Notes: generated from the sequence alone by a model not told the origin. A stretch of DNA of 64,000 nt from Ramazzottius varieornatus (GCA_001949185.1 BDGG01000002.1:1447145-1511144), one strand, 5' to 3'. Counted from the stretch's first letter, positions 49,085 to 61,876 are shown. A program made the numbers and translations.

Positions 49085-52000
49085 ATGGAGGAGAATATCA
49101 ACGATGGTATGAGAGAGGAATGTGCCGTTTTTGGATGTGTTTCCAGTGGACCCTGGCCGAATCCTAACGTGGACGTTGCTGGCGTGATTTACAATGGATT
49201 GATTGGGCTGCAGCACCGGTACTGATTGACAACTTACGAACTTTCGTTTTGACGCGATTTCTACGATAAATAATGCATAAATATTGTATTATTCTGAGCA
49301 AGTTAGAAAAACGCATCATGCTTGTTTTCCCCAGTGGCGTACGTTCTCAATGCCATTAGTCCGAAGCGTTCGCCACTTGAACACCGTTCGTCTCGAATTT
49401 GATTGTAGAGGTGGCTCACTTGATCAATGTTATTGATCGAAAGAGCGCGCCACTTGGAAAAATCGGTCTTGGACGAGTTTGCTTGCCTAGCTCCCGATTA
49501 TATCACGGTTCTGTTTGACGTGTGTTCTTGTTCTTAACAGAGGTCAAGAAAGTTCGGGGATTGTGGTGGGATCAGGTGAAAAGAATTCCTGCAAGCATGT
49601 GCGCGAGCAGTTCATCAAAGGCAGCTCGGCCACCGAGAATTTCCTCTGCAAGGAGCCGCAGTGTGAACTGGACAGCTCCAAGTTACGCTCGAAGAAAGGC
49701 ATGGGGCTGGTTGGGTCGGTGTTCAAAGAAGACGACATCCGTTACCTGAAAGGCAACCTGGGCATCGGCCACAACCGGTACTCTACGGCTGGACCTTCAG
49801 ACATGATCAACTGCCAGCCACTGCAGTTCTACACAAAGTGCGGGGAGATCGCCCTTGCTCATAACGGGGAAATTGTCAATGCGCCGGCTTTGCGTAACGA
49901 GGTACTAAAGGCCGTTTTCGTATGAGATTGCTTGTATGACTTCCACCGTTCCACGCAGATTAACCTTGCATATTGGGCTATCATTGCGTGACAAGAAGGC
50001 TTTCTCGGTCTCTGATCATCTCAGCTTTCGTAGCAATTACAGTATTTTTTGTTTTAGTTATTCGCGCGTGGGGCAGTGTTTACCGCGGACTCGGACACGG
50101 AAATGATAGCCCAAGCTTTGATGGCGGACGAAAGACTACCGCCGAGTAAATCGCCTGAATTTCACCCCCTCACGTCGTCCTCCTCTCGCAACGGGACCAG
50201 CCACAACGAATGCAATGGGATGTCGAACGGCTGTGGACAGCAGCACGAGGACCTTATACCCTATGGGACACCTTCGCCAACGGTAAAACTGGCATTTCTA
50301 CGTGAACTACTGTACTTAACCCGAATATTGTAAAATTAATCAATTTGACGGTGAGGTTTTCGTATGAGTAGGATCTTCGGTCTCGCGGAGGCGACCCGGA
50401 ATGGGGAGTCCGCATATTGGACCTGATGACGCGTTACCCTCTCGCTTACTCCTTCCTACTGCTCCACAAGGACGCCATCTATGCTGTGAGGGACTGCTTC
50501 GGCAATCGACCTCTTTCACTCGGCAGAATACGTCTCGATGGTAAGACCTGTTGAGCTGGAGCAGATTACTCGAAATTCGGCGACCTTACCCTAGGCTCTT
50601 GGAATTTCTTTACACTACGGTTCTCTGCTTTAGACGACTCCGGGCAGGTGGTGGCGTGGTTGGTGGCTTCTGAAACGTGTTGCTTCAAGGACTTTGCCCG
50701 CAAGACGGTCAAGGATGTGTTTTTGCGAGAGGTACTTCCGGGTGAAGTGGTCAAGATTACGGCGACTGGATTTGAAACGGTTGGGAGAGCGCCTCCAAAA
50801 CTGCATGTTTCAAGGAAATTGACCACGGCCTTTTGTGTCTTTGAATACGTTTACTTTGCGCGTGGAGACTCGTTCTTCGAAGGTACATGGTAGATGAACT
50901 ATTTTCATGAGAAAAAGTAATGACGCAGCTTACTCCTTGTTGTCGCAGGTCAACAGGTTTACAGAGTGAGGGAAGAATGTGGGCGTCAGCTGGCTCGGGA
51001 GTCGGTGGTGGAGGCAGACGTCGTCAGTAACGTCCCGGATTCAGCCACGGCTGCAGCGCACGGCTTTGCAAGAGAGGTGAGTGGGTCGCTGAGGCATAAA
51101 GATATCGGTCTCGCCAACTTGCCGACACAATTTCCCTGAACCAAGGCGTTTCCCCGAACGATGGTCAAGTTTTGAGTTGTTGAGTGAGCCATTTCAGTGA
51201 CAGCGACAGTGTGGAAAAACTGACTTACGTTACTTGGCTCGGCGGGTGCTCCAGCAGGCTTAACGAAGTTGGTTTGGTCGATCGAATGAATGGAAAGGTT
51301 TGTCGTTGCAGAGTGGAATACCCTACGTGGAGGTCCTGACCAAGAACAACTACGTTGGCCGCACATTCATCCAGCCAAGCAATCGTTTACGGCAATCAGC
51401 GGTTTCCCGCAAGTTCGGTGCGTTAACAGAGAACCTTGACAATAAGCGCATCATCTTGATCGATGATTCAATCGTACGCGGCAACACACTGCGAACCATT
51501 GTCAAGCTCTTACGGGACTCTGGAGCTAAAGAGGTAATGTGGATAAATGTTTTTGGACAATGTTTTGGCAAGAAACAGCTTCATTCAGTTTACGTCGAAA
51601 TGGGACGTGGTCACGTGGACAAGAGAAACGAACCGGATCGTTTTCTCAGGTTGCGCATGACTCCGTTGGTATTAGCTGCAAGCTGTGCGCCACTTGGCAA
51701 GGCGATTTGGTTTACCCCTGGTCCATATAACCATAGTGAGCTACGGCAGAAGGGAGAGTCTGGTTGTCCTAGGTGCATGTTCGCGCGGCGTGTCCACCAG
51801 TTCGGCATCCCTGCTACATGGGCGTCAACATTCCCACCAGGAATGAGCTGATTGCCAACCAGATGAGCGCAGAAGAGCTTCCGCATTATCTGGGAGCCGA
51901 TAGTGTGGCCTACCTGTCGATCGATGGTTTACTGCGAGCCGTCAAGAAAGGCGCCAAACCACCGCTGCCGTCGGAGAACCCGCAAGCCGACTGTCCGTGG

Positions 52001-52093
52001 GAGAAGGTCGAGGCCGGCCACTGCACGGCTTGTCTTACCGGCGTCTACCCAGTTGAACTGATGAAGAAATCGGACATAAGAACAGACTGGTAA
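49085..52093 (+). CDS. PPAT: Amidophosphoribosyltransferase (PurF), multi-exon
   Basis: Propeptide followed by [52 protein letters not shown]. Confidence 0.96.
49300..49495. repeat. Palindromic repeat family, two-unit copy in PPAT intron 1
   Basis: Cores at 49332 and 49409 with 25-nt spacers; right arm GGTCTTGGACGAGTTTGCTTGCCTAGCTCCC. Confidence 0.8.
51560..51715. repeat. Palindromic repeat family copy in the last PPAT intron
   Basis: GATCGTTTTCTCAGGTTGCGCAT at ~51637, 26-nt spacer, then GTGCGCCACTTGG. Confidence 0.7.
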
Positions 52094-53089
52094 ATGTTGT
52101 ATCAAGCTGATATTTCTGCGTCTGGATCTCTTCATAGGCGTTTTTTGTCCTTTAACTGTTGGTATTTCGCTTGATCATCAAAGGCTTAAATATGGCCGGT
52201 CACATCAAAGTCTGGGGGAAAGACCTGCATCCGATTAAACAGCGAATCTGTTCCAAATGTCACTACGGTAAGGCTTCGCATTTCGTCCTGGAGCGGCTAG
52301 TCACCTTGGCTAGCTGTTTCTCTCCCGTAGTGAAACATGAATCCCATTTCTGCGATGGGGCCGAAGGCGATAAAGTTTGTGATGTCACAGATCTCGAATT
52401 TGCAAGACTTTAATCGGCACAACTATAAAACACAGAACTAGGAAACACTCCTCTCTTCCGTTTGACTAATCCGTAGCGAATCATGAACGTAGGCTTAAGC
52501 CTTAGTATTTCCCTTGAGCCAAGGATGTTATTCGGACCAGACTGAGGGGCTTCATTAGCATTATGTTCCCGAAAGCCCTACCGATGCGCTTTCGTGCATT
52601 CTCCGAATCCGTCGGCTTCTCGAACACACAAAGTAAACAATCACGACTAGTTCTAGTCTTGAATAAAACGGTCGATTATTGTGAAATGTCTGATGAGTCT
52701 TTAAGACAAGCGCAGCATATCCACTTGACGATCCCACTGGGTCCTTGGAAGAGACAACGGGAAGCCGCGAGGGGCGGCAATTAGACGAATACTGGGCACG
52801 GCAATGGAAAAACGAGGAAGGGTCCATTGATAGTCGACAAATGAACCACTTCCCTATCAAACATGAAGAACCCCCTTCCGTTTGTGGCACCGTAAAGGCG
52901 TAATGATACCAATCAAACCGTTTTTGCATCATTCTTAACGGACCGGGCTATTACTGTACTCAACTTCCTGACTTCAAGCAGGTCAAAAACTCGGTCGGAC
53001 CACGAAATGGACATTTTATGTGTGCTGAATTTTGTGATCCGTACTCGTGAGTTGGAAGTAGCGTTAGGCATGCAGATATAGAAGGAACG

Positions 53090-53190
53090 GGGGCAACTGA
53101 TCTCGACCAGATTGCTTCCCTAAGTGGCGCACCCTTCCGGCCACTGGCAGTTGCGACTTGTGACATTTGAAATAAAGATCTGATTCAACT
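53090..53190. repeat. Palindromic repeat family, degenerate intergenic copy
   Basis: CTCGACCAGATTGCTTCCCTAAGTGGCGCAC, core at 53122; right core degenerate. Confidence 0.6.
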
Positions 53191-53971
53191 CAACCAACGT
53201 CCCGATAGTTTTCCATTTTGAGCATGAAAATTACAGTAGGCTCGAATACTTCTGAACCGCTGTTTAGCTCACCGATCGTATTTCTGACGCTTGATAATCA
53301 TCCCAGCGCGTTCCGCCCACAACCGAAAGACTCAAGGCGCGCGTGCTGCCACACGAAAAGCCAAACGAGTGATGCACCTACCGTCAACACGGAAGACACG
53401 TTATGCACGTACGGGAAGGAAGGCCCTTGATTCGCTGTTCGAAGTACTAACCGGAACGGGGAAGAAGTTTGTACGGAACCGTACTGGTGAACTGTAAGAG
53501 TCTGCTCGTCCTACCGGCACGTACGCAATTCTTGAAGGTGTAATTCTGAACAAATCTTCCCTGAATAATCGACTGACACCATTCATTCAAGCTAATTATT
53601 TGCGGGATGCGTCCATGGCTCACCTTGCATGGCCTAGAAATTGTTCACAGATGCGCAGCAGCTGATTACGTACGGCTGAAATAGCCAGCGTCTCACCTAA
53701 CCACCTCCACCTTATCACCCTCCCGTCCCTTCTCTTCCTTTCCACACCTTATCATTTTCAATTCAGTACGGTACCGCACGCCAGCGTCTTCTAATTGTGT
53801 CCCACATCTGTGAAAATAATGTGGGAAGCTTCAACGTTGAGAACATGGCCGAAATATTCTTTTCCGTTTCTGCATCCAGATGAGACTTAGAAAACACTAG
53901 AGCCCCTTGCCTTTGTCTGTTAATAACGGATGTGTTTTTCTTGTACCTTTTTTCAGCAGTAAAGTCCATTC

Positions 53972-56900
53972 ATGATGACTTCGATCGCTGATATGAACGA
54001 CACTTTTCCTAATCTGAACGGCACCATCTTGCCGAAAGAGCTCCCGGCTGAAATGAAGTTCGGCATACGGAACGTCATGGTCATCGTAACATATGCCAAT
54101 CTCATGTGGATATCCTTACTGGGCAACTGTATCGTTTTGTGGAAACTCTACTATCGGAAGAACCGCAGTCGAGTTCACTTTATGCTACTGCACCTGTGTA
54201 TCGCCGATTTACTCGTTACCGTCATCGAGATGCCGTTACAGGTGAGACAGACACACTATCCAATAGTCAATTTACAATGCTATTCATCTTCCCCGTCTGA
54301 AAAGTCAATAAATAACCCTGATGTCGCACAAGCCTTTTGTAGGGTAGAGAGAATAAAAGGATCAGTCAATGAACAACCGGAATAAACTTTCAAGAAAGCT
54401 TCTGTGGTGGTTAAATAGGTGATTCAGCGGTTAAAAAAATAGGGGGTGTAGCGTCCGTGATGTTTGATGAAGCTGAGCCACTCTATTTACTTGTTCAATA
54501 CAGTACCACATTGCTCGTTACTGACTTGTTGGTCAATGAATGATAATAGTTCATGTACCATTTTCCTCTACATCACTTCCTGCTTCCGACGAAATTTTTT
54601 TTTGCCTTTTTATTATTCATAGGATTGTCGAGCGTCGTTTCCCTGTTAGCACCGATTAGCCGTTTCCGTTACTGTGTAATTGAGCCCTGTTCGGACGAGT
54701 CTCCGATCCATTATACTGACTACATAACTCTGTAGGTCAGTCCTGGTTTGCTGCAGATCATTCCGGGTTTATTTTAGGACAATCCCAGATGGTTTTGGAT
54801 TGATACCTTTAAAAAGTGTGTCGATGGGACCTATTGCTGTTTTTAGATAGAAACCAGGCTAAACGCAAGGCGGCTTCTCTGGATCTATCGTTAGCTTCTA
54901 TTGGACACGAGCCATATGTGTCGCCACACATCACAAAAGCAGGAGTCAAAATCCCGTGACTTTTTTCAGGGATGAAGTTAGAAGCTTAAACTACGTAGGC
55001 AGTACTCATTGTATATTAATGAATATTCCTCAGAGGTTTATGATTTATGTACGGCGACTTTCCCAGTCTTTGAGCCAAGGGTGCTTTCTAGTCTAAGCCA
55101 CCACAGAAAAGAAACACAGGTCAGTGGAGGAAGGGGAAAATTGAGCTGACATAACCAGTTGATAACAAACTCTGCCAGGATTTTGAGATGAATGGAAGGA
55201 AACGAAATTAGTCCCTTTATCCAACCGTTTAATACCCAAGTTATCAGCAATCTGTGGAAGACACAATTCAAGGATCGTTCACAAAGCCAACAAGCCTATG
55301 GATAACAATAAAATAAACCCGCAGGAAAAATTGCGACGGAACTGCAGATCTATAAGCTCTTAAGCTTCCTGTCAGCTTTGTGTTAGGAGTATGTATGGCA
55401 TGAAAGCTTGGGTCACTTTCGAGATTGCGCAAACAATACCCATGGCTGAAAACTTCATTTTTCGACGAATGTGCTGTCAAATTTGATCGGCGCCCAGAGC
55501 CTGAAAAGGAACAACGTTGGCTGATAGTTTTGGTCCCGCCTGATCAAGATGGGATGGCCAATGTCACGACCGATTTGACCGGAAATGTCTTGCAACCAGT
55601 TTACCCTCCGCCATGGAAACATCGATAATGACTGCAACTTCACTGCATTGTATACTCAGAGATCTAGGGTTGCTCAAGGGCAGTCCCGGGCGCAGAAAAT
55701 TAGGTGGGTAAGTGAGTAGGATTACCGGTGTTTACCGTTACTTTGCAGTCTTGCGGCGTCCAATCAGCGGCGAATTTGTCTGATGGAACGCCACAAGACC
55801 TCCATTGCCTGCAGAGGGCGCTAATCCTGCCCACTCACCTACCTGATTTTCTGCGCCCGGCACTGGTGAATTGAAGGTAAAGGAAGTGAAGTGAATTTCA
55901 CTTTTCTTCGCCAAAATATTGATCAGTCAACTGCTGCGGGTTTCTTTGGTTCGTTTGTTCTCGGGGAATAACGGTGAAAACTTCGGTAAAGAAGAGTGAA
56001 ATTTAATTTCTTCAATTCACCAGCCCTAGGTCGCATCAAGTCGTTTCCCGCTTTTAGTTCTAGGTTTTGGTGAGGTAATTCCTCAATAATGCTAGAGATT
56101 TCCATGATATTGATTAGCCCGACAAGTTAGCAAGCCAGTTTACGTAAAAGAATCCGCGTCGCAGTTAGAATGCAGTTTATTCCACACGTTCTAATGAAGT
56201 GTCAAAACTGGGTCACGTTTTTTGACGTTTATGATCCTCCTACAGACTAGGCAGACAGACTAGACCAGATGTTCGAGCGACCAGATTGTTCACGGACAGT
56301 TTTAACGTAAGCTAAGATCGACCGGCTGTCCAAACAATGAGCCGTCTCAACCGCTTGGAATATTCATGAGGGAAGATCTAAAGACCGTATGCCCTGTTTT
56401 GATTGACAGATTGGATGGAAGTCGACGGTAGAGTGGGTAGCGGGAGACGTTTTTTGTCGACTGTTTGGTTATCTACGGGTGATTGGCTTATACCTGAATG
56501 GTAAGGACCCCGCAAAGACCTCGGCGATCGACCGTGAAGTGCAATGGTACCCTTTCTAATGATGGTGGAGCACAATCGTGAGCCTTGTTTTGTTCTTGCA
56601 GCCTTCTTATTGATCGCCATTAGCATCGATCGGTTCATGTCCGTCTGGGATCCGCTGTCGACAGTGACTCGCGCCACTTACCGAGCCAAAGCCATGGTCT
56701 GTATTTCCTGGTTCCTTAGCTTGGTGTGCGCCATTCCACAGGTGAGACTTCATTATCGTTCATTAGCGCAAATTTCAAAACGGACCGCAAGCTACCGATA
56801 TTGACGCTGACCTTGAAATTGATATGCGCGTAGAATAACGATGTCTATAGCTAACGTGATACTGTATGATTACGTAAAGTGAGATGAAAAGTGGGCTTGG

Positions 56901-58169
56901 GGGTGTCGTAGCATTGTCTTTTTGTAGCTGAATGTCTGGAGCTTACGGTCACATCCGGAGTTCCCTTGGTACCACCAGTGCGTGACGTTTGGTGCGTTTG
57001 AGACACGGGCTGCCGAACTGGCTTATGGATGGTTCATTACCATCCTGATGTATGGCTTACCGCTCATCGCCATCATCGTTTGTTACGCCGGCATTTGGTT
57101 TCGTATCTCCTATTACTCCAAGTGGAGAGGACAACAAGGTACAAAACCTTAGATCTCCCTGCTGACAACACTTATCTTCGAAAAATATTAAGCCGGTATC
57201 GGGAACTGTCTGTGAGATACGGTAGATAAGGGTTAAATCAAAGGTTCAAATACTTACGGATTGTCAAGAATTGGGACGTGCGCCGGGAGACGTGGTGATT
57301 AATCCTATTTTGCGCCTTACAGATGTCACTGAATCCATCTTACGAGACCCTAAAGAAGCGGCGCGCTTCATTCCTGAAACTGTTCACCCAAGTCATGAGA
57401 TTCTGAACAAAGCCAAATCTCGCACGCTCAAAATGACAGGTAATTTGGTTTCTCACCGTAAAGTTCCTTGACCTTAACTACAAGGTAGAATCCCCTTAGA
57501 ATCAATCTGACAAAGACGATTATGTTCATTAAAAAACAGAGTAATATTCGATCGCAGCCACGCCGAAGAATGATATTTTACTAATTCTAAATTTCCAACG
57601 ACGAAAGCAAAATTTCTACTCCACATTCGATCTTCTCGTCAAGTTTCTTCCCTGAAAAAGAATCGCTCGTACCAAAGTGCGTTTCTGCAGCGTTGGTGGT
57701 GACTATCTTCGTTGCTTGCTGGTCGCCCTACCAGCTCATCCACATTTGGTACTTCGTTGACCGCGAGTCGGCCCACAAAGTCAACCTTGTCTTCCAAGAA
57801 GTACTCTTCATTTTCGGCGTGTCAAGCTGCGTTGTCGACCCATATGTCTACGGACTCTACTCCATGGGTATATGGAACGAGATCGAATTCCTGTCGACCT
57901 TCACTAGCTGCGCCACAAGGTATGACACACGCACTGAGGACAAGCGTGGGAGTTTCACAGCTGACGCTAAGAACCTTCGACTGGAGGTCCTTCGAATATC
58001 CCGCGGAAGACCAGTCTCGACGATCTCAGGCACCACAAGCGAGACTCGGACACCGTTACGGGTAGGCTACAAAGTAGTCGGTCGACCTTTACGAGACGAC
58101 TCGCGGAGATCAGTGATAACGTGCGATACTCGCGTGATACAGTTTTCTAGCCAAGATGCATTTCGGTGA
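53972..58169 (+). CDS. AKH/ACP/GnRH-family neuropeptide receptor (class A GPCR), 6 exons
   Basis: HLCIADLLVT..MPLQ|IGWKSTVEWVAGDVFCR (exon from ~56410), ISIDRF, HPEFPWYHQCVTF, KAKSRTLKMT, CWSPY, DPYVYG. Confidence 0.92.
55681..55865. mobile_element. 185-bp hairpin MITE in receptor intron 1
   Basis: CAGT(C/G)CCGGGCGCAGAAAAT...ATTTTCTGCGCCCGGCACTG inverted termini, with internal pairing through most of the element. Confidence 0.8.
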
Positions 58170-58661
58170 CATTTAGAACAGGAACAGTGTTTTTAAGGGT
58201 GTCGTCCATGTTTGCATAAAGCCTGAGCCCTGGTGTAGATTTTATATCAGGTACACGATAAAGGTGAAGATGTACAGTATCTTGACTTGAGTTCGCAGTA
58301 AGGGTACAGTCTCGGTAAACATCCAAGGATCCATACAGGTGGCGTACTCTAGCCATGCGATAAGAGCGATGTTGGTCTCCTCATTACACCATGGACTGGC
58401 GACAGAAAAACGTACAGAGCAGTGTGCCCTGCGATAGGCGTCCAAAATACAGCGGTATAAAAGACTTCCTACGACAGCACAATGAAACTCCGAAACAAAG
58501 ACTTTGGTCGCTGTGGAGTCGCAGTATGATTTCGGCAGCAGGAGGTGGTGGTTCAGTTGAATGGTCAGCGGCTGTAACTTAAATGTCTATACTTTGTTGT
58601 GGTTTATTACCGACAAACTACCCTTTGGTTCTTCGCCGTTTCTGCTACTGGAAATAGAATA

Positions 58662-58760
58662 CACGCACGAAGGCGACGTCTGGACCAGACGGAAAAGACG
58701 GCAAAGTGATAATTAAACCGTAGAAAATTGTCGGAATGTGCATTGGTGTGACCTTCCTCC
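58662..58760 (+). mobile_element. Partial copy (left end) of the pogo-like MITE family
   Basis: TA-CACGCACGAAGG...CAGACGGAAAAGACGGCAAAGT matches 13605-13700. Confidence 0.65.
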
Positions 58761-59026
58761 GTGCACTGGATCAACAGAAATAATCAAAACTGTCGGTAGG
58801 ACGAAGAGAGTCATGGTGGTCGAGGAGAAAGTATACTGGAAATAAGTTCCGATTTTAAGAAGGCAATGATTGGGTGAAGCAAGAAAGCTTCGTTCAGAAT
58901 AGACCACAGTAAGTTCTAGGCTATGACGTCACCCAAATCAGCATACAGGATAACAAGGTGACGTTTCTGTTGTTTTGAGTTCGGTAATGATGGGGAAACA
59001 GCAGAGCCTACGTGCGGTTTGTCCCC

Positions 59027-59463
59027 ATGAAGAAGTACTCATCGGCCACCACGCCCAAGCAGGATGCCAGCATGAAAACGGTGATAGAACAGGAACGAAA
59101 GCCTAACACCCAATGACCTTGGTAGGCTTCCAGAACAGAGAAAGTATGCCGAAGAGGTATGAAGAACTCTGCAGATAAGATACGGGTATCTGTATGTAAG
59201 AATGCGCCCAAAGCATGTCTAAACAAATTGTTCAGGACAGCATTTTAAAGTTTTTGGACCCCAAGGGAAAACTTCAACGGGAATTGTATTTACATCAAAT
59301 ACAATGCCGAAAGTGCTTCCCAAACCCCCCGAAATTTAATTTTCGTACTCGGATGCAAAGCTGGACAGACGTTCCCGCCCGTGCTTGCGAACTCTCTCTT
59401 GCTTTTTGGGACCAGCTAGGCTGGTACCTATGGACTTGGCTAAGCGGGTACCTTTGGATTTGA
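59027..59463 (+). CDS. Possible small 3-exon orphan protein with Trp-rich C-terminus
   Basis: MKKYSSATTPKQDASMKT|ASRTEKVCRRGMKNSADKIR|DSILKFL...WYLWTWLSGYLWI joined by phase-0 GT-AG introns. No homology recognised. Confidence 0.3.
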
Positions 59464-59696
59464 CTATGTCAACGCCACCCATCAGACTAACCAAAGAGGC
59501 CCAAACTGCGTGAGCCGTCTTGGATGGTAATGTCACAACCTTGGCAAACTCTCGTTGCTTTACGGTCAAGTCGGTTTCTAGGCGCTGCGTCAAAGTAAAG
59601 TGAGCTAGATTCTCAGTTGACAGTTATTCCTTGCTTGCTGGTACTCTTCTGTGGTACTGATTGATTATTTCTTATATTCATTGTTCGATTGACGAA

Positions 59697-60175
59697 ATGC
59701 CTTCGCGGAGTAAGTCAAGGGCCTCAAGGTGTTCAACGGCGAAAAAGCGTTCAGCGTCGGCAAAAGGTTCGACGTGTTCACATGGAAGGCATGCTTGCAT
59801 GGAATGCAAGTTTCCTCCCATTCCTCCGCAGTTCAGCATCGATCCCGTAGGTTAAGCTAGCAAATGCTACTGCTTTCGCTTTCTGAAGGATAGAAATGGT
59901 TTTCTCATGATTCTTTTCCGCAGACCAACACGTGCGGTAGTTCTGGCAAAAAGCAGAAACCCAAGGCTAAACGGACTAAGAAGTCGAGAAAATCAAGCAG
60001 CTGCGACAGGAAGGTCTATACAGCCATCCATCATTTGAAGTTTAGCAGTACGGAAGTCCGGGGTGGAATCTCATACTATGTAACATGGTGATTTCAGAGC
60101 AAGCCCAAAGCCAAACGAGCTAAGCGTGTGACACCCAAGCGGCGGAGACCTGTCGAGCGTAGTCGGTGCAGCTGA
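59697..60175 (+). CDS. 105-aa highly basic, Cys-containing protamine-like protein (3 exons)
   Basis: Exons 59697-59846, 59924-60013 and 60098-60175, joined by phase-0 GT-AG introns; 34 K/R, 4 acidic residues, 7 Cys. Confidence 0.75.
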
Positions 60176-60789
60176 AACCAAGGTGGAAACGTCAACGAGA
60201 AGCGTCAATGATGAGATCAGCAATTTTGGCGTCGATCCCAAACGCGCTTTTTAGCTACCGTTGATTGAATCAGCTCTAACAAACCCTCCGAAGTATCCAA
60301 CTGAGAATTTTATTCAGTTTTGTGTCAGGCGACCTACAGTGTATGACGTAGCAGTCAGAATCGAAATGAAAGCACCCATCAGACCAGAAATATGGGGCGC
60401 CGTTTGTGCTAAAGCTTTTACGCGTTTTCTCATAAAGATCTGGCAGAGTTTGCCAAAACCTCCTCACATGCTTTGCCAGAGTTTCGGTTTGCACGAGTTT
60501 TCAATTCGCGGTTCCTGTAGAGTCACAGTTCCCTTGTAGATCAGGTAGCAAAGGAAAACAGCAGGAGCTCTCCCCGTGTTCGAAACCATCGGTATGCAGC
60601 ATAATTCGATGCCGGCGGTAATGATGCTTGTGCAACATAGTTTTCGTCGTCTTGTTTCACCGGTTACTGGCTAGCGTAAGCACGTGTTTTGTCTCCGCCT
60701 TCTGACGTCGTATTTTTCCAGTTATTGAGCGCTACGAGCTGTCGTCTGCTGCACATACCGAGAAATTGCGTTGTTCATTTCACAGCCCA

Positions 60790-60928
60790 TAGGGACCCAC
60801 TGAGCAGTGAGCCGGTGGGGCCCGGTCCACTCGGAATTAAAAAAGCTGGCCTCACGAGCCCAGCTTTTTTCGTTTCCCAAAGCGCAGGACAAGATCGGGC
60901 CCACTGGGCCAGCCGGGGGTGGGCCTAA
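60790..60928. mobile_element. Small GC-rich palindromic MITE-like element
   Basis: Imperfect inverted ends (TAGGGACCCAC / GTGGGCCTA) around a central hairpin AAAAAAGCTGG-N10-CCAGCTTTTTT. Confidence 0.5.
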
Positions 60929-61876
60929 CCACTCCTGCCAGTCGTCCAAAGTTCAAACCCTCCTGCCAATCGTTCAACCCCTCCAGCTAGTCGGTAACAG
61001 CGCATTGGCCCCACGGGCCAAATCTGAATGGTTGACTCCATGGGTTACAACTGCAGATTTCATGGCACCTGGACCATCTGGCCCCATCGTCGTCCGGACC
61101 TCAACGCCTCCCTGAGAGCCCATACCGGTGTCGAGTATGGTAGTACGAAAGGATTGTGACGTATTCCACTTTGGACACACGGAAGTTAAGCTTACAGTAC
61201 TTGGTGGGCCAACCGTTGTACAATTGGGCACATTGCGAAGCTTGGGCACATTGCGTACGTACGCGACTGATTCCCAGTAATACACGTTTGGACACTTTTC
61301 TACGTTTGAACGTAAGTTTTGCTGTCTTTTCCGCCTGGTCCCATAATTTTTACTGGCTTCATAATTTCCCGTCGTGCGTGCACATCAACTCCGCCCGTAC
61401 CAACGAAAACTTAGGATATCGTAAAACCGATACTGGGTTTTATAAAATAGCGTTTAGTACACCCTACGCATGGCCAGACTCCGCACGGAGCACTACAAAA
61501 AGTATAATCTCTGAAGGAATGCATACGTTGAACTGTAAATATGAATATAGAACCGAAAAGAAATGCACAAGGAATCCTCATCGGAAGAATCGGTCTTTCA
61601 ACAAGAAAAAAAAGAAAAAAAGACGTATCAGGTCAGTGACCTGGATCAGCCATATTTCGATCCAAGATAGCTATATGGATTACCGGGGTCACCGGAAATT
61701 GAACTTTGCTCTCAGCGTTAACGTTTGCCTTTAAAGGGGACGCCCAACATCACTTCGTCGTGTCCGAATCTGGTGAGCGTTAAACACTGGGAAAGGGGAT
61801 CATGGTTCGGTATTGCTTGGAAGGGCCGGCAATGCAGTAACTTCCTGGTTGGAAAAAAAGAAGGAAACTCACTCGA

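Noticed and set aside
60838-60870. Hairpin followed by a T-run resembling a rho-independent terminator
   Set aside because: Eukaryotic context; it is the symmetric centre of a larger palindromic element.
60974-61285. 103-aa minus-strand ORF as a further ERC exon
   Set aside because: No convincing splice acceptor or family similarity; it overlaps a short TTGGGCACATTGCG tandem repeat.
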